Shown: positions 1 through 12,427 of the stretch, in pieces | Numbering within the stretch: position 1 is the first letter of the stretch | Layout of the letters: each line of letters opens with the position of its first letter | From: Eledone cirrhosa | Taxonomy: Eukaryota | NCBI GenBank assembly: GCA_964016885.1 | Contig: OZ024758.1 | Coordinates: 17,112,001-17,176,000 of the forward strand | Direction: 5' to 3' | DNA: 64,000 bases | Position numbers and translations under genes: made by a program | The notes under the pieces: model-generated | The model's input: only the letters and a program-made list of their open reading frames with translations | What the model was told of the DNA's origin: nothing | The model's database searches: none

Positions 1-63
1 CCCGTCCAAACCCATGCAAGCGTGGAACACGGACGCTAAACCTGATGATGATGATGATGATGA

Positions 64-114
<51 letters not shown>

Positions 115-829
115 AGGGCTTCTCTCTACCAAATTTCACTACAAAGTAATGATCAGCTTGAGGTTATGCAGTGAGGCAAAACCTAAATTGACAAGGTTGC
201 ACAGCAAACTCCTTAATCACATAGCCATGCCTGTGCATATATTCCTTTATCAACATCAACATCATTGTTTTTATAACCATTTAGCATAGCTCGGATGAAA
301 TATTTTAAAGCAGTATTCTATATTTGGTAGCATTTCCTAATGCCAATCTATACTTAGTTTTATTCAATGAACAAACGAAATAAAAATGTGCACAAAACAA
401 CCACAACTTTCTTAAGGCCATTTTCCCTGCTAAAGTAGGGTTTAGCAATGCAACCCTTATGATTACTTCCATCCTCATCATGGGGTCCTTTTTGAAGTAA
501 TGTTTTATGACCAGATGCTCTGTCTAACACCAGCCCTTTAAGTTGCCACATGTAACATCTAGGGGTATGGTGTATCTATTACTAAACCAAGATACACATG
601 GGATGATCCATAAATGAAATATGATGGATCATATATAGTTTGTTGTCCAGGCTTTAATGGATATTTTCCCTTTGCCCATTATTCTGCGCATATTGTATTA
701 AATGTTTTGTTAGATGAATATTGCGTGACTTTGTCCCCCAAAACCTCAATATCTGGTAATGAGAAAATTTATTCCACCATAATATAAAAGAAAAAAAAAA
801 TCTACAAAAAAAAACACGCCAAAAACAAC

Positions 830-1840
830 AACAAAAATAACAACAACAATATACATACATGCATACATACACACATACACAAACAACAACATATATATAT
901 ATATACACATACACACATACAACACAACAACAAAGACATACACACACATATACACAATACAACAAAAACAAACACATATACACATACATACACATATGCA
1001 CATACATACACACACACACGCGCACACTTATAAAAATAATCACACTCACACACGTACACACACACACATACATACACACATACATACACACATACACACA
1101 CCAACAACATACCCATATACACACATAGACACACTCATACAACAACAAAAATAATCCCACACACACACACAAACACATACACACATATACATACATACAC
1201 ACACCTACAACCCACAACACACATGCACACACTCAAACAACAACAAAAATAATCACACTCACATACAAACATACACACATACACACACACATACACACAT
1301 ACATATACACATACACATACCCACATACACACATACATTACATACACACAAACACATACCGATATAGACACATGCACACACTCAAACAACAACAACAAAA
1401 ATAATCACACTCACACACAAACATACACACATACATATACATACACACATTCACACATACACACATGCACACACTCAAACAACAACAAAAAAATAATCAC
1501 AGTCACACACAAGCACATACTCACATATATATACATACATACATATACATACACCCATACACACACACACACATGCACCCACTCAAACACAAACATACAC
1601 ACATACATATACATACACACATGCACACATACATATACATATACACACACATACCCACATACACACATACATACACATTCACACATACACACATGCACAC
1701 ACTCAAACAACAACAACAACAACAACAAAAATAATCACACTCACACACAAACACATACTCACGCACACACACGACTACAACCCACAATAAACACACAATA
1801 ACACCACCAACAACAACAACAACAGAAGCAGCAACAACAA
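830..1840. repeat. Degenerate (CA/TA)n array with higher-order units (cacactcaaacaacaacaaaaataatcacac)
   Basis: The motif recurs about every 100-150 bp. Confidence 0.9.
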
Positions 1841-2119
1841 TAAGAAATAAATGGAAAGTAAATAGAAATAAATACGGAAATATAATATTTATCTTCGAAA
1901 ATGGAAGAGATTACATCAGAGAAAGCAATTATAGAGAAAATTCTATGAAAATCTTCACGTTTCCCATCTAAATATGTAGAGAATCATAACTAAACTGTAG
2001 AGAGAAGACTGAAGACAGAACAGTGAATATTCAAAGGAAATATAATACATAGGGAGTAATTTTGTATTGGTTATATAAATGTGTGCATGTCTAAATACAT
2101 ACTTACATGCATATGTATG

Positions 2120-2158
<39 letters not shown>

Positions 2159-2209
2159 GTATATATGTATATACGTATGTATGTATGTATGTATGTATGT
2201 GTGTATGTA

Positions 2210-2260
<51 letters not shown>

Positions 2261-2263
2261 GTA

Positions 2264-2306
<43 letters not shown>

Positions 2307-2307
2307 A

Positions 2308-2345
<38 letters not shown>

Positions 2346-2411
2346 AAAAGGTATGACCCCGACGGCAGAGCTCAAGCCGTTTCGACTGCTATTTCTGGAC
2401 TCATATATATA

Positions 2412-2482
<71 letters not shown>

Positions 2483-2491
2483 GTGTGTGTC

Positions 2492-2536
<45 letters not shown>

Positions 2537-2537
2537 A

Positions 2538-2571
<34 letters not shown>

Positions 2572-2684
2572 TATGTATATATATATATGCATATGTTTAT
2601 GCATATATATGCATATATGTGCATATATATATGCATATGTTTATATATATATATGCATATGTTTATGTATATGTATATGTATGT

Positions 2685-2723
<39 letters not shown>

Positions 2724-2796
2724 GTATATATATGTATATGTTTATGTATATATATATTATGTATATATATATATATATATATATATGTTTATGTAT

Positions 2797-2830
<34 letters not shown>

Positions 2831-4024
2831 GTATATGTTTATGTATATATATATGTATATGTTTATGTATATATATATATATGTTTATGTATATATCCCT
2901 TACTGCTATCCTCTTTCTCTCTCCCTCTTCTCTCTCCTTCTCCCTCTTACTTTCACTCAACTCACCCCCTCTGCTAGTCACCCTCTCTCAGCTAGCCTCT
3001 TCCTCACACTTTCACTCACTCACTCTCTGGTACACACCCTGTCTATCATTACCTCCATCGTCCCACACCAGACGAGATTCTGTCCTCGCTCACATCCGCA
3101 CGGCCAAGATGTGTCTCTGCTTTCTCGTCAATATTCGCAAGTTCTTATGTTCAAAATGAATTATTGACTTGATTTTCTCGTTTTTTCCTCTCTTTACGTT
3201 GCCTCACCATTCGTGTGTGTTTACCTGTCTCCCTTTCTCCACCCAACTCTTTTTATCCCAATAACTTAATTTGGTTATTGTATCGCCCTACCTGGAGGTA
3301 TATGGGGTGTAGTGCGAAGAAATACCTATGATGTCTAGTAGACAACTGATGACGGATATTCCTGGCTTCTATTTCTAATTCTTCATTTATTATATATATC
3401 CTATTTGCAACAGCACAGCTCACCATTTTTCATTTATATATATATTTATATGTATATGTAGTAGACGAAGACCACGAAAAACATGGGCGGATGTGATGAG
3501 AGCAGACCTCAGATTGCTGAAGCTCACGGTGGAGATGACGAAGGACCATGACAAGTGGAGTGATGCTGTGCTGAATAGGACCCGTCCCACCCTTGCAAGC
3601 AGGGAAAACAGGACGTAAAATGATGATGATGATGATGTATGTATGTATATTGGACTGGCTTTGTGCAGTGCCTTTGCTCACTATAAAAGCTTCACGGCAC
3701 AGGCATTTCTTTATATCTGGAGATCTCTCTGCACTTGCCGTCATATGGTACCAAGGGCCCAGCACTATGTGTCAATAATTGTCACAAGTGTAGTGTTTGT
3801 ACCAGAGTTTTTAAGTCGCTGGCTGGACTAAAAAGTCACACTCGTTCAGCGCATCGGTAGGGGTTCTCCTACATGGATATAAAGTAGTGGCCATACTCGA
3901 AAACGAGTTGGCAGCCACCATATATATATATACATATGTAAAAGGTAAACAGAAATAACAACACAATCAGTACAGTATATGGAAGGGATATATTAGGTTA
4001 ACGCTTCCTATAGCAGGAAGAGGG

Positions 4025-4060
4025 TCTTAATATTTCAGATGTTAATCCTTCATCAGAAGA
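4025..4060 (-). ncRNA. Minimal hammerhead ribozyme-like motif
   Basis: TCTT-CTGATGAA-GGAT-TAAC-ATCT-GAA-ATAT-T-AAGA. It belongs to a repeat family (3940-4145) with decayed relatives at 17675-17875, 32175-32235 and 59755-59930. Confidence 0.55.
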
Positions 4061-4248
4061 AAGAATAAGAAATAAGATAGATTGAGGGCACGGGGCGGGC
4101 TGGAATTGGAAAAAATGTCTTTAGATAAAATAACAGGTCCAATATATATATATATATATATATATATGCTCTACAGGTCTTATATTTTTTATATATATTT
4201 ATCCTTATCGATCCCTCTTTGGATTTTAGTCTTCAAATATATTATTAT

Positions 4249-4332
<84 letters not shown>

Positions 4333-4407
4333 AGGGAGAGAGAGAGGGGGAGAGAGAGATGGATAGAGAGATGGATAGACAGATGGAGAGATAGTGAGAT
4401 AAACGGG

Positions 4408-4487
4408 TACAGGGTGTCCAAAAAATGTATACACATGTTTATTAGAATATTGTTGAAGTGTATACACATTTTTAGGGATGCCTTATA
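4408..4487. mobile_element. About 80-bp Tc1/mariner-like MITE
   Basis: Imperfect TIRs tacagggtgtccaaaaaatgtatacac and gtgtatacacatttttagggatgccttata. Confidence 0.5.
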
Positions 4488-4633
4488 TATATATATATAT
4501 ATATGGAAAGTTATATTTAAATTGTTGGGTTACAACTAGTAAATATTTATAACTGATATAAAAGCACTCAACAAGTATTTGGAGTATATTTACGATATTA
4601 AATAAATGGAAACTATATTTATAAAACCATATT

Positions 4634-4699
4634 TATTTCATTATATATATTTCAGGGATATCATATTAACAATATGCTATGCCTTCCTCAGACAAAATA
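4634..4699 (-). ncRNA. Minimal type I hammerhead ribozyme, left arm of a perfect palindrome
   Basis: Exact reverse complement of 4842-4907. Confidence 0.7.
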
Positions 4700-4841
4700 C
4701 AATATAGACAGTTTTATAGATAAATAGATTTGACATACCGTTCAACATCGACTTGTATTTGACTGCCAAATCAACTTTTCAAATACAAGTCGATGTTGAA
4801 CGGTATGTCAAATCTATTTATCTATAAAACTGTCTATATTG

Positions 4842-4907
4842 TATTTTGTCTGAGGAAGGCATAGCATATTGTTAATATGATATCCCTGAAATATATATAA
4901 TGAAATA
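4842..4907 (+). ncRNA. Minimal type I hammerhead ribozyme
   Basis: TATTTTGT-CTGAGGA-AGGCATAGCATATTGTTAATATGATATCCCT-GAA-ATATATAT-A-ATGAAATA: 8-bp helix I with two G-U pairs, hairpin helix II, palindromic helix III. Confidence 0.7.
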
Positions 4908-4947
4908 AATATGGTTTTATAAATATAGTTTCCATTTATTTAATATC

Positions 4948-5019
<72 letters not shown>

Positions 5020-5052
5020 AAGAAATTAAAAGATGGTTAAAAGAGTTCCATA

Positions 5053-5122
5053 TATTTTATTATGCGCATTTCGAAAACAAAATAATCCTGGGACAAAAAT
5101 TGTGTTCTCATCAGATAAAATA
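5053..5122 (-). ncRNA. Minimal type I hammerhead ribozyme
   Basis: TATTTTAT-CTGATGA-GAACAC...GTTTTC-GAA-ATGCGCAT-A-ATAAAATA: perfect 8-bp helix I and palindromic helix III. Confidence 0.75.
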
Positions 5123-5931
5123 AGGTTACATGATATGAGGTCTAATAGCACTTGTTTACAGGAAAGTGCTAAGTCTACATATACTCCAGTTCTACCAACG
5201 TTAAGTGCTACTTATCTGATATATGCATAGTTTTATTGTTCGTCTGCTTTTCCCTGCTTGCAAGGGTGGGACAGGAACTGATTCTGGCTTGATTTCTACA
5301 GCTGGATGCCCTTCCTAACACCAACCTCATTTACAGTGAGTGCTGGGTGCTTTTTTTCCGTGGCACCTACACGTCCACTTTACAGTGTGGGCTGGGTGCT
5401 TTTTTGCTGTGGCACCTCCACGACTACTTTTACAATGGAATGATAGGGACACCAGTCCTATCACCTCATTTCTACAGCTGAGTAAACTGGAGCAATGTGA
5501 AAAAAAGTGTCTTGCTCACGGAAACAACACATCACCCAGTCCGAGAACTGAACTCATGATTGCAAGGCCAATGCTCTAACCACTAAGCCATGTGCCTCCA
5601 CATATATATATATATAGAGAGATGTAAAACGGTGATGATGATTATATATATATATATACATATATATATATGGATGTAAGGCTCCTTGCAATCAGGGAAA
5701 AGCTGACGTAAAATGAGGAAGATGATGATGATGATAGAAAGAGAGTGAGAGAGAGAGAGATATATATAGATATAATCATCACCATCATTATATATATATA
5801 TATATATGTAGGAGGTGAGCTTTATTGTGGTACAATAAAGCAATGCAAATATCGGATAAGTAGCATTCTACAGTTTTTAGGACTGGAGTATACATAATAT
5901 AAGATCAAAAGATGGTTAAAAGAGTTGCAAG

Positions 5932-6000
5932 TATTTTATTATGCGCATTTCAAAAACAAATATCATCATGGGATGATATCTGCGTTCATCAGATAAAATA
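5932..6000 (-). ncRNA. Minimal type I hammerhead ribozyme, left arm of a fold-back
   Basis: TATTTTAT-CTGATGA-ACGCAGATATCATCCCATGATGATATTTGTTTTT-GAA-ATGCGCAT-A-ATAAAATA. Confidence 0.75.
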
Positions 6001-6099
6001 GGGAGATATATGAAGCTTAAAAAACACTTGTGAATAGTGAAGTTTGATTTAAAACTTAACTATTCACAAGTGTTTTTTAACCTTCATATCATGTATCCC

Positions 6100-6170
6100 T
6101 ATTTTATCTGATGAAAACGCAGATATCATCTTATGATGATATTTGTTTTTGAAATGCGCATAATAAAATA
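6100..6170 (+). ncRNA. Minimal type I hammerhead ribozyme, right arm of a fold-back
   Basis: TATTTTAT-CTGATGA-AAACGCAGATATCATCTTATGATGATATTTGTTTTT-GAA-ATGCGCAT-A-ATAAAATA, with a long helix II. Confidence 0.8.
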
Positions 6171-6200
6171 CTTGGAACTCTTTTAACCATCTTTTGATCT

Positions 6201-6238
<38 letters not shown>

Positions 6239-6839
6239 TCATCATCATCATCATTTTACGTCCGCTTTTCCCTGCTTGCAAGGGTGGGATGGGTCTTATT
6301 CAGCACAGCATCTCTCCACTCATCACGGTCCCTCGTCATCTCCACCGTGAGCTTCAATATATATGTTATGTATATATATATATAACGATATACTGCACTT
6401 TGAGCCTCTGTATAATCTATTACAGCTTCACGTGTTGCTGTTTGTGTGGTAATTGTTCAAATCCCCCACCCAACATCAAAATAACACCAAAAGGAATAAC
6501 AAAACAAAGGAGCATGTTTTTATATGACTGCCTCATATTTTCCTTGTTGCGCTGCTTAGGAAAAAATACTGTTTGTGTGTAAAGTTTGAGTGTATGTCAT
6601 TATTACAGAGAACTGAAGAGCCTTTTATGCTTTAGGCTCCGTATTCCTCTTTTGGTATATCATATGTCTATTGATTCCTTGATTTGAAACTGTTTATCTT
6701 CTTTTGGTCGGTTGTTTTTATTCACATTTTACATTATTTAACATTTTTGTTCTGAGTATGTATGTATGTGAATAAGTATTATTCATTAAAGCACACCCAG
6801 TTGTACAATGAGATCTAGAGAGGATAAGATTGTGTTGTG

Positions 6840-7560
6840 TGTTTCTTTTGCTGTTGTTGGTATTGCTGCTGTTGTTGTTGATGTTGTTGTTACTGTTGTT
6901 GTCGATGCTGTTGCTGCTGTTGTTGTGTTGTGTTTGTCTTTTGCTGTTACTGTTGTTGTTGCTGTTACTGTTGTTGTCATTGCTGTTGTTGCTACTGTTG
7001 TTGTTGTTGTTACTGTAGTTGTTGCTGTTGTTGTTACTGTTGCTGTTGTTGTTGTTGTTGTTATTGCTGTTGTTGGTGTTGTTGTTGTTGCTGTTGTTGT
7101 CGTTGCTGTTGTTGTTACTGTTGTTGCCACTGTTGTTGTTACTGTTGTTGTTACTGTTGTTGCTACTGTTGTTGCTACTGTTGTTGCTACTGTTGTTGTT
7201 GCTGTTGTTGCTACTGTTGTTGCTACTGTTGCTACTGTTGTTGCTACTGCTGTTGTTACTGTTGTTGTTACTGTTGTTGTTACTGTTGTTGCTACTGTTG
7301 TGTGTTGCTGTTGTTGCTGTTGTTGCTACTGTTGTTGCTACTGTTGTTGCTGCTGTTGTTGTTGTTGTTATGTTACTGTTGTTGTTGTTGCTGTTGTTGC
7401 TACTGTTGTTGTTGTTGTTGTTGTTACTGTTGTTGTTGCTGTTGTTGCTACTGTTGTTGCTACTGTTGTTGCTGCTGCTGCTGTTGTTGTTGTTACTGTT
7501 GTTGTTGTTGCTGTTGTTGTTGCTGTTGTTGCTACTGTTGTTGTTGTTGTTGTTGTTATT
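6840..7560. repeat. Compound trinucleotide array (GTT/GCT/ACT)n
   Basis: Direct reading. Confidence 0.95.
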
Positions 7561-7677
7561 GGCTAAATTCCTGAATGGTGTTGCAACAGATCTGCTAGAG
7601 TTTTATCTTCGTTTCTGATATTCTGGAGAATTTTGTTACAATTTCTTCATTTTCTGTTTAAACATATATACACCAAA

Positions 7678-7720
<43 letters not shown>

Positions 7721-8561
7721 CACATGTAGACGCACATACATATATACACATGCCCATACATGCACATACACATGCACACACATATACACACACACACACA
7801 CACATATACTCACATAAAGACACATGCACACAGTCACATACACTTGCACACAAGCATACAAACATACACACACATACATACACACACAGACACAATCACA
7901 CACCCATATACAACCCCCACACACACATACACATGCACACACACACACATACATGTGGACCTTCTCATACACATACACAAACAAACACATTTACACAGAC
8001 AAATGTATATCAACATCCTTATTATCATCATTAGGATCTGTGTTGAAGTTTCGCCGAGGTTAACTTTGCCTTTCATCCTTATGGGGTCGATAAAATAAAG
8101 TACCAGTAATGCACTGGGGTATGAGATGACTCTCATGTGGTTCATTCTGGCATGGCTTCTATTGCTCATTGCCTTTCCTAATGCCAACCACACCACAATA
8201 TCTACTGGGTGTCTTTTATTGGGACATCACCACAAACCACCAGACTCTCTGACGGATTTACCATTGTGCTTAGGTGTGCTTAAGCACAAGGTCCCATTGG
8301 CAAGGGAGCAGTGAGAGCAATCTTCCTGCCCCCAAAACTTTTTACAATGAATTTTATGATGAAAGGGGTCTCATAACTTAACTAGCTGAGGGGCTTGATT
8401 TGCCCTAAATCTGACACTGACCTGACCTAAATGGGGCTACACATGTATCTGGGTGTGTGATTGCGTCTGTGTGTGTTTGTGTGTGCATGTGTCTCCAGGT
8501 GTGTGTGTGTGTATATGTATCTGTGTGTGTGCATGTGTATGTACATGTGTAGACATGTGTA

Positions 8562-8775
8562 TAACATGGTCGCTGTACAAAAAGGTTTTATTTACAGTAT
8601 TAACAATTGTTTCATTGATCAGGTGAGTATTCCAATGACTTGATCAGAGACACACACTGTATTTAAAGTCAAGTGGTTCAATTTTGATTGATCAGCGGCC
8701 TTTAGACTCACCTGATCAATGAAACAATTGTTAATACTGTAAATAAAACCCTTTTTGTACAGCCGACCATGTTAT
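8562..8775. repeat. Inverted repeat, about 67-bp arms with a 77-bp spacer
   Basis: The arms contain GAAACAATTGTT (GAA plus a palindrome, like a hammerhead 3' half), but the CUGANGA box is not intact. Confidence 0.85.
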
Positions 8776-8786
8776 TCTTCACTCTT

Positions 8787-8823
<37 letters not shown>

Positions 8824-8829
<6 letters not shown>

Positions 8830-9070
8830 AGATGAAATCGAAAATGCAACTGGAGTCTTATTTTTAAAAAAATATATATATTTTTATTTGGTTCCTTTAC
8901 CGGTTTCGCAGTTCTTCTGCTTTTCAGATGCAAGAAAAACCACAAACCCTCCATCTCAACTCTACTTTTGAAAAGCAGAAGAACTGCGAAACTGGTAAAG
9001 GAACCAAATAAAAATATATATATATTTTTTTAAATAAGAATCCAGTTGCATTTTCGATTTCATCTTTTTT
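8824..9070. repeat. Inverted repeat, about 102-bp arms, in a (TA)n tract
   Basis: 8824-8926 versus 8969-9070. Confidence 0.9.
8894..8930 (-). ncRNA. Variant-core hammerhead-like motif (CUGAAAA)
   Basis: CTGAAAA-GCAG-AAGAA-CTGC-GAA-ACCGGT-A-AAGG, with a mirror copy at 8965-9001 (+). Confidence 0.55.
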
Positions 9071-9204
9071 TCTTTATACTTTCACTCGTGTAGGACACCT
9101 CAGTTATTTTTCATTTTGTAAAAAAACCCTCACTTTCTAATATATATATATATATATATACAATGATATTAAATAAATGGAAACTATATTTATAAAACCA
9201 TATT

Positions 9205-9265
9205 TATTCTATTATATATATTTCAAGGGTACCAAAATTTTGGTACGCTATCATCAGATAAAATA
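9205..9265 (-). ncRNA. Minimal type I hammerhead ribozyme
   Basis: TATTTTAT-CTGATGA-TAGCGTACCAAAATTTTGGTACCCTT-GAA-ATATATAT-A-ATAGAATA. Same family as 4842-4907 but with a different helix II sequence that still pairs. Confidence 0.75.
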
Positions 9266-9926
9266 CAAAATGTTTTATAAATATTTGACATAACCAAGGA
9301 TAATATACCTTAACGGTTCAAGTTATCCCTGGATAACTTGAAACGTTAAGGTATATTATCCTTAACAGTGTAGGTAACATGGTAAAAACCTCCCAGTCCA
9401 TACTGTAAACTGTAAACGTGATTGGTGTTAGGAAGGGCATCCAGCCGTAGAAAACCCACCAGACAGTCCTATATGAACAAGACAACCAATCTTGCCTCAC
9501 GTGGGACAATTCCCGTCTAAACCCATGCTCGCATGGAAGATAGATGTTAAACGATGATGATGATGATATATATATATTTAAGTATGACCCCCAACGTTTC
9601 GATGGCTATATCTGGACTCCGTCGAAACGGCTTGAGCTCTGCCGTCGGGGTCATACTTTTTCCTATTTCCCACTCTACTACTCTAAGTATTGAGTACTCT
9701 GGTGCGTTATGGTCCATCTGGTTCCTTACCACATTTCCTTTGTTATTTATATATATATATATATATATATGATTTATATATATATATATGATTTATACAT
9801 ATATATATATGATTTATACATATAAAAATTTATCTTTGTACAAACGTACCTTAACACATATGCAATGATATGGCCTGTTTCAACAGAAAAAGGTGAAAGA
9901 ACTCTGGCCAGATACAGCCAATTTAA

Positions 9927-10131
9927 CCCTTTAGCATTTACATTGTTCTATATTTACCATTATATTTTCAGGGTAAAGGCTTTATCTCACATAATCTCGA
10001 ATTTCTGAGATTTTGATATTTATTTTGAGAACAATAACTTAACATAAGTATGAGTGACCGATTATGGCCATTTTAAACAGAAAGAGGTGAGAGAATTTTG
10101 GCCAGATATGGCCAGTTTAAATGCTAAAGGG
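9927..10131. mobile_element. piggyBac-type MITE
   Basis: TTAA-CCCTTTAGCATTTA ... TAAATGCTAAAGGG-TTAA, i.e. CCC/GGG termini with a TTAA target duplication. Confidence 0.85.
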
Positions 10132-10471
10132 TTAATGGGCTTTAGATCTCTGTATATCCCATATATTTATTTACAACTGTATGAAGCAGTTTTCTTTTCT
10201 TTTAGTCTTCTATTTTGATGCCAGGTTAAGGGTACACTTGTCTGTCAAATGCTCAGCCACTTGCATGTTAATTTCATGAGCAGGTTGTTCCATTGATTGC
10301 TTCAAATGGAAAACTTATTGTTTAAACCTAATGGAGGTCCAATGGCCTTTAAGTATATATTATATGGTATCATATGTGGGGGTCTGTTTGATTTGAATTT
10401 CTTAACAAAATATGGAGCTTTGAAGAGAAAGATCAAGAAACGAAATGATAGCATAACTTAGCTGTTTTAAG

Positions 10472-10885
10472 TAAAATAAAATATAATAAAACGAAATAAA
10501 AATAAAATAAAATAAAGCGAAATAAAATAAAATAAAAATAAAATAAAATAAAGTGAAATAAAATAAAATAAAATAAAATAAAATAAAATAAAACAAAATA
10601 AAATAAGATCAAATTAAATAGAAATAAAATAAAAATAAGATAAGATAAGATAAGATAAGATAAGATAAGATAAGATAAAATAAAATAAAATAAAATAAAA
10701 TAAAATAAAATAAAATAAAATAAAATAAAATAAAATAAAATAAAATAAAAATAAGATAAAATAAGATAAAATAAAATAAAATAAAAAATAAGATAAAAAT
10801 AAAAATAAAATGAAATAAAAATAAAATAAAATAAAATAAAATAAAATAAAATGAAATGAAATAAAATAAAGAAAATAAAATTAAT
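10472..10885. repeat. (AAAAT)n/(AAGAT)n pentanucleotide array
   Basis: Direct reading. Confidence 0.95.
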
Positions 10886-11602
10886 AATAATGGAAAAAAG
10901 TGAAATCAACAACCAAACCTCTCTTTGTGAAGATTTATAATTCCTTGTTTAATACCTTTTTTGAATCATCACAGTTATTATTGATTTTATTATTATTATT
11001 ATTATTGTTATTGTTATCATTGTTATTAGAAATAATATGAAGAAGAAGAAGAGAAGAAATAAAATGAATATTGGTTATTGTTGTTGCTATCAGTTTATTA
11101 TTTTTTTTTTTTAAATTACTAATACTACTGTGGCTGGAACTACTACTATTACTACTATTACTACTACTACTACTACTACTGTGGCTGTTATTCCTCCTCC
11201 TACTACTACTATTACTTTTGTGGCTGGTACTTCTCCTCCTACTAATACTACTACAACAAAATATACTACTATTACTATCACCACTACCAATACTTCGACT
11301 ACTACCGCCACCAAACCCTTCCACCACCATCACCACCACCACCACCACCACCACCACCAATACTACTACTACTACTGCTACTATTACTACTACCACCACC
11401 ACTACTACTACCACCATTGTTATCACCTCCTCCTCCTCCTCATTCATATCATCATTATCATCAGCATGAAGAGTTATATCATCAACATCACCCTCAATCC
11501 CGTCGAGGTTAACTTTGCCTTTCATCCTTTTTACAGGGTCGATAAAATAAAGTACCAGTAATGCACTGGGATAATTGCTGGCCTTGTGCCAAAAGTAGAA
11601 AC

Positions 11603-11650
<48 letters not shown>

Positions 11651-12172
11651 CATCATCATCCTTATTGTTGTTGTTGTTATTCATACATTATATATTAAGG
11701 AAAGGAAATATTTGCTCTGATCTCTGACTGGAGATAAAAGTTTTCCTTGATCTTTGGCATCAACAGTCATCCCTGCTGTGCTTTCCGGATATCACCATTC
11801 CATTGTAATATTAAGGTAAAAACTAAAATGTTGAAACTAAATTAATAATAAATATACACACATGAAAATAAAAATAAGATATACACACATGTATATATAT
11901 ATATATATATATGATATTTTATATAAATAAATATATATATTTATATATATATATATTATATATATATATATATGATATTGTATATATATAAATATATATA
12001 TTTATATATATATATATATATGATATTTTATATATATATATATATATATGATATTTTATATAACTAAATATATATTTCTATATATATTTATATATATATG
12101 TATATATATATATAATATTAATATTATATATATATATATATAATATTAATATTATATATATATATATGTGTG

Positions 12173-12275
<103 letters not shown>

Positions 12276-12287
12276 TATATATATGTG

Positions 12288-12352
<65 letters not shown>

Positions 12353-12388
12353 TATATATATGTGTATATTATATATATATATATAAAT

Positions 12389-12427
<39 letters not shown>

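Larger units (their letters stand above)
4591..4950. repeat. Perfect inverted repeat, 172-bp arms with a 16-bp spacer
   Basis: 4591-4762 is the reverse complement of 4779-4950. It abuts a (TA)n tract. Confidence 0.95.
5894..6208. repeat. Imperfect inverted repeat, about 150-bp arms
   Basis: ataatataagatcaaaagatggttaaaagag ... ctcttttaaccatcttttgatcttatattat. Confidence 0.9.

Noticed and set aside
10935-11684. 249-aa low-complexity ORF (poly-N, V, S)
   Set aside because: It is a run of trinucleotide microsatellites plus a SINE fragment.
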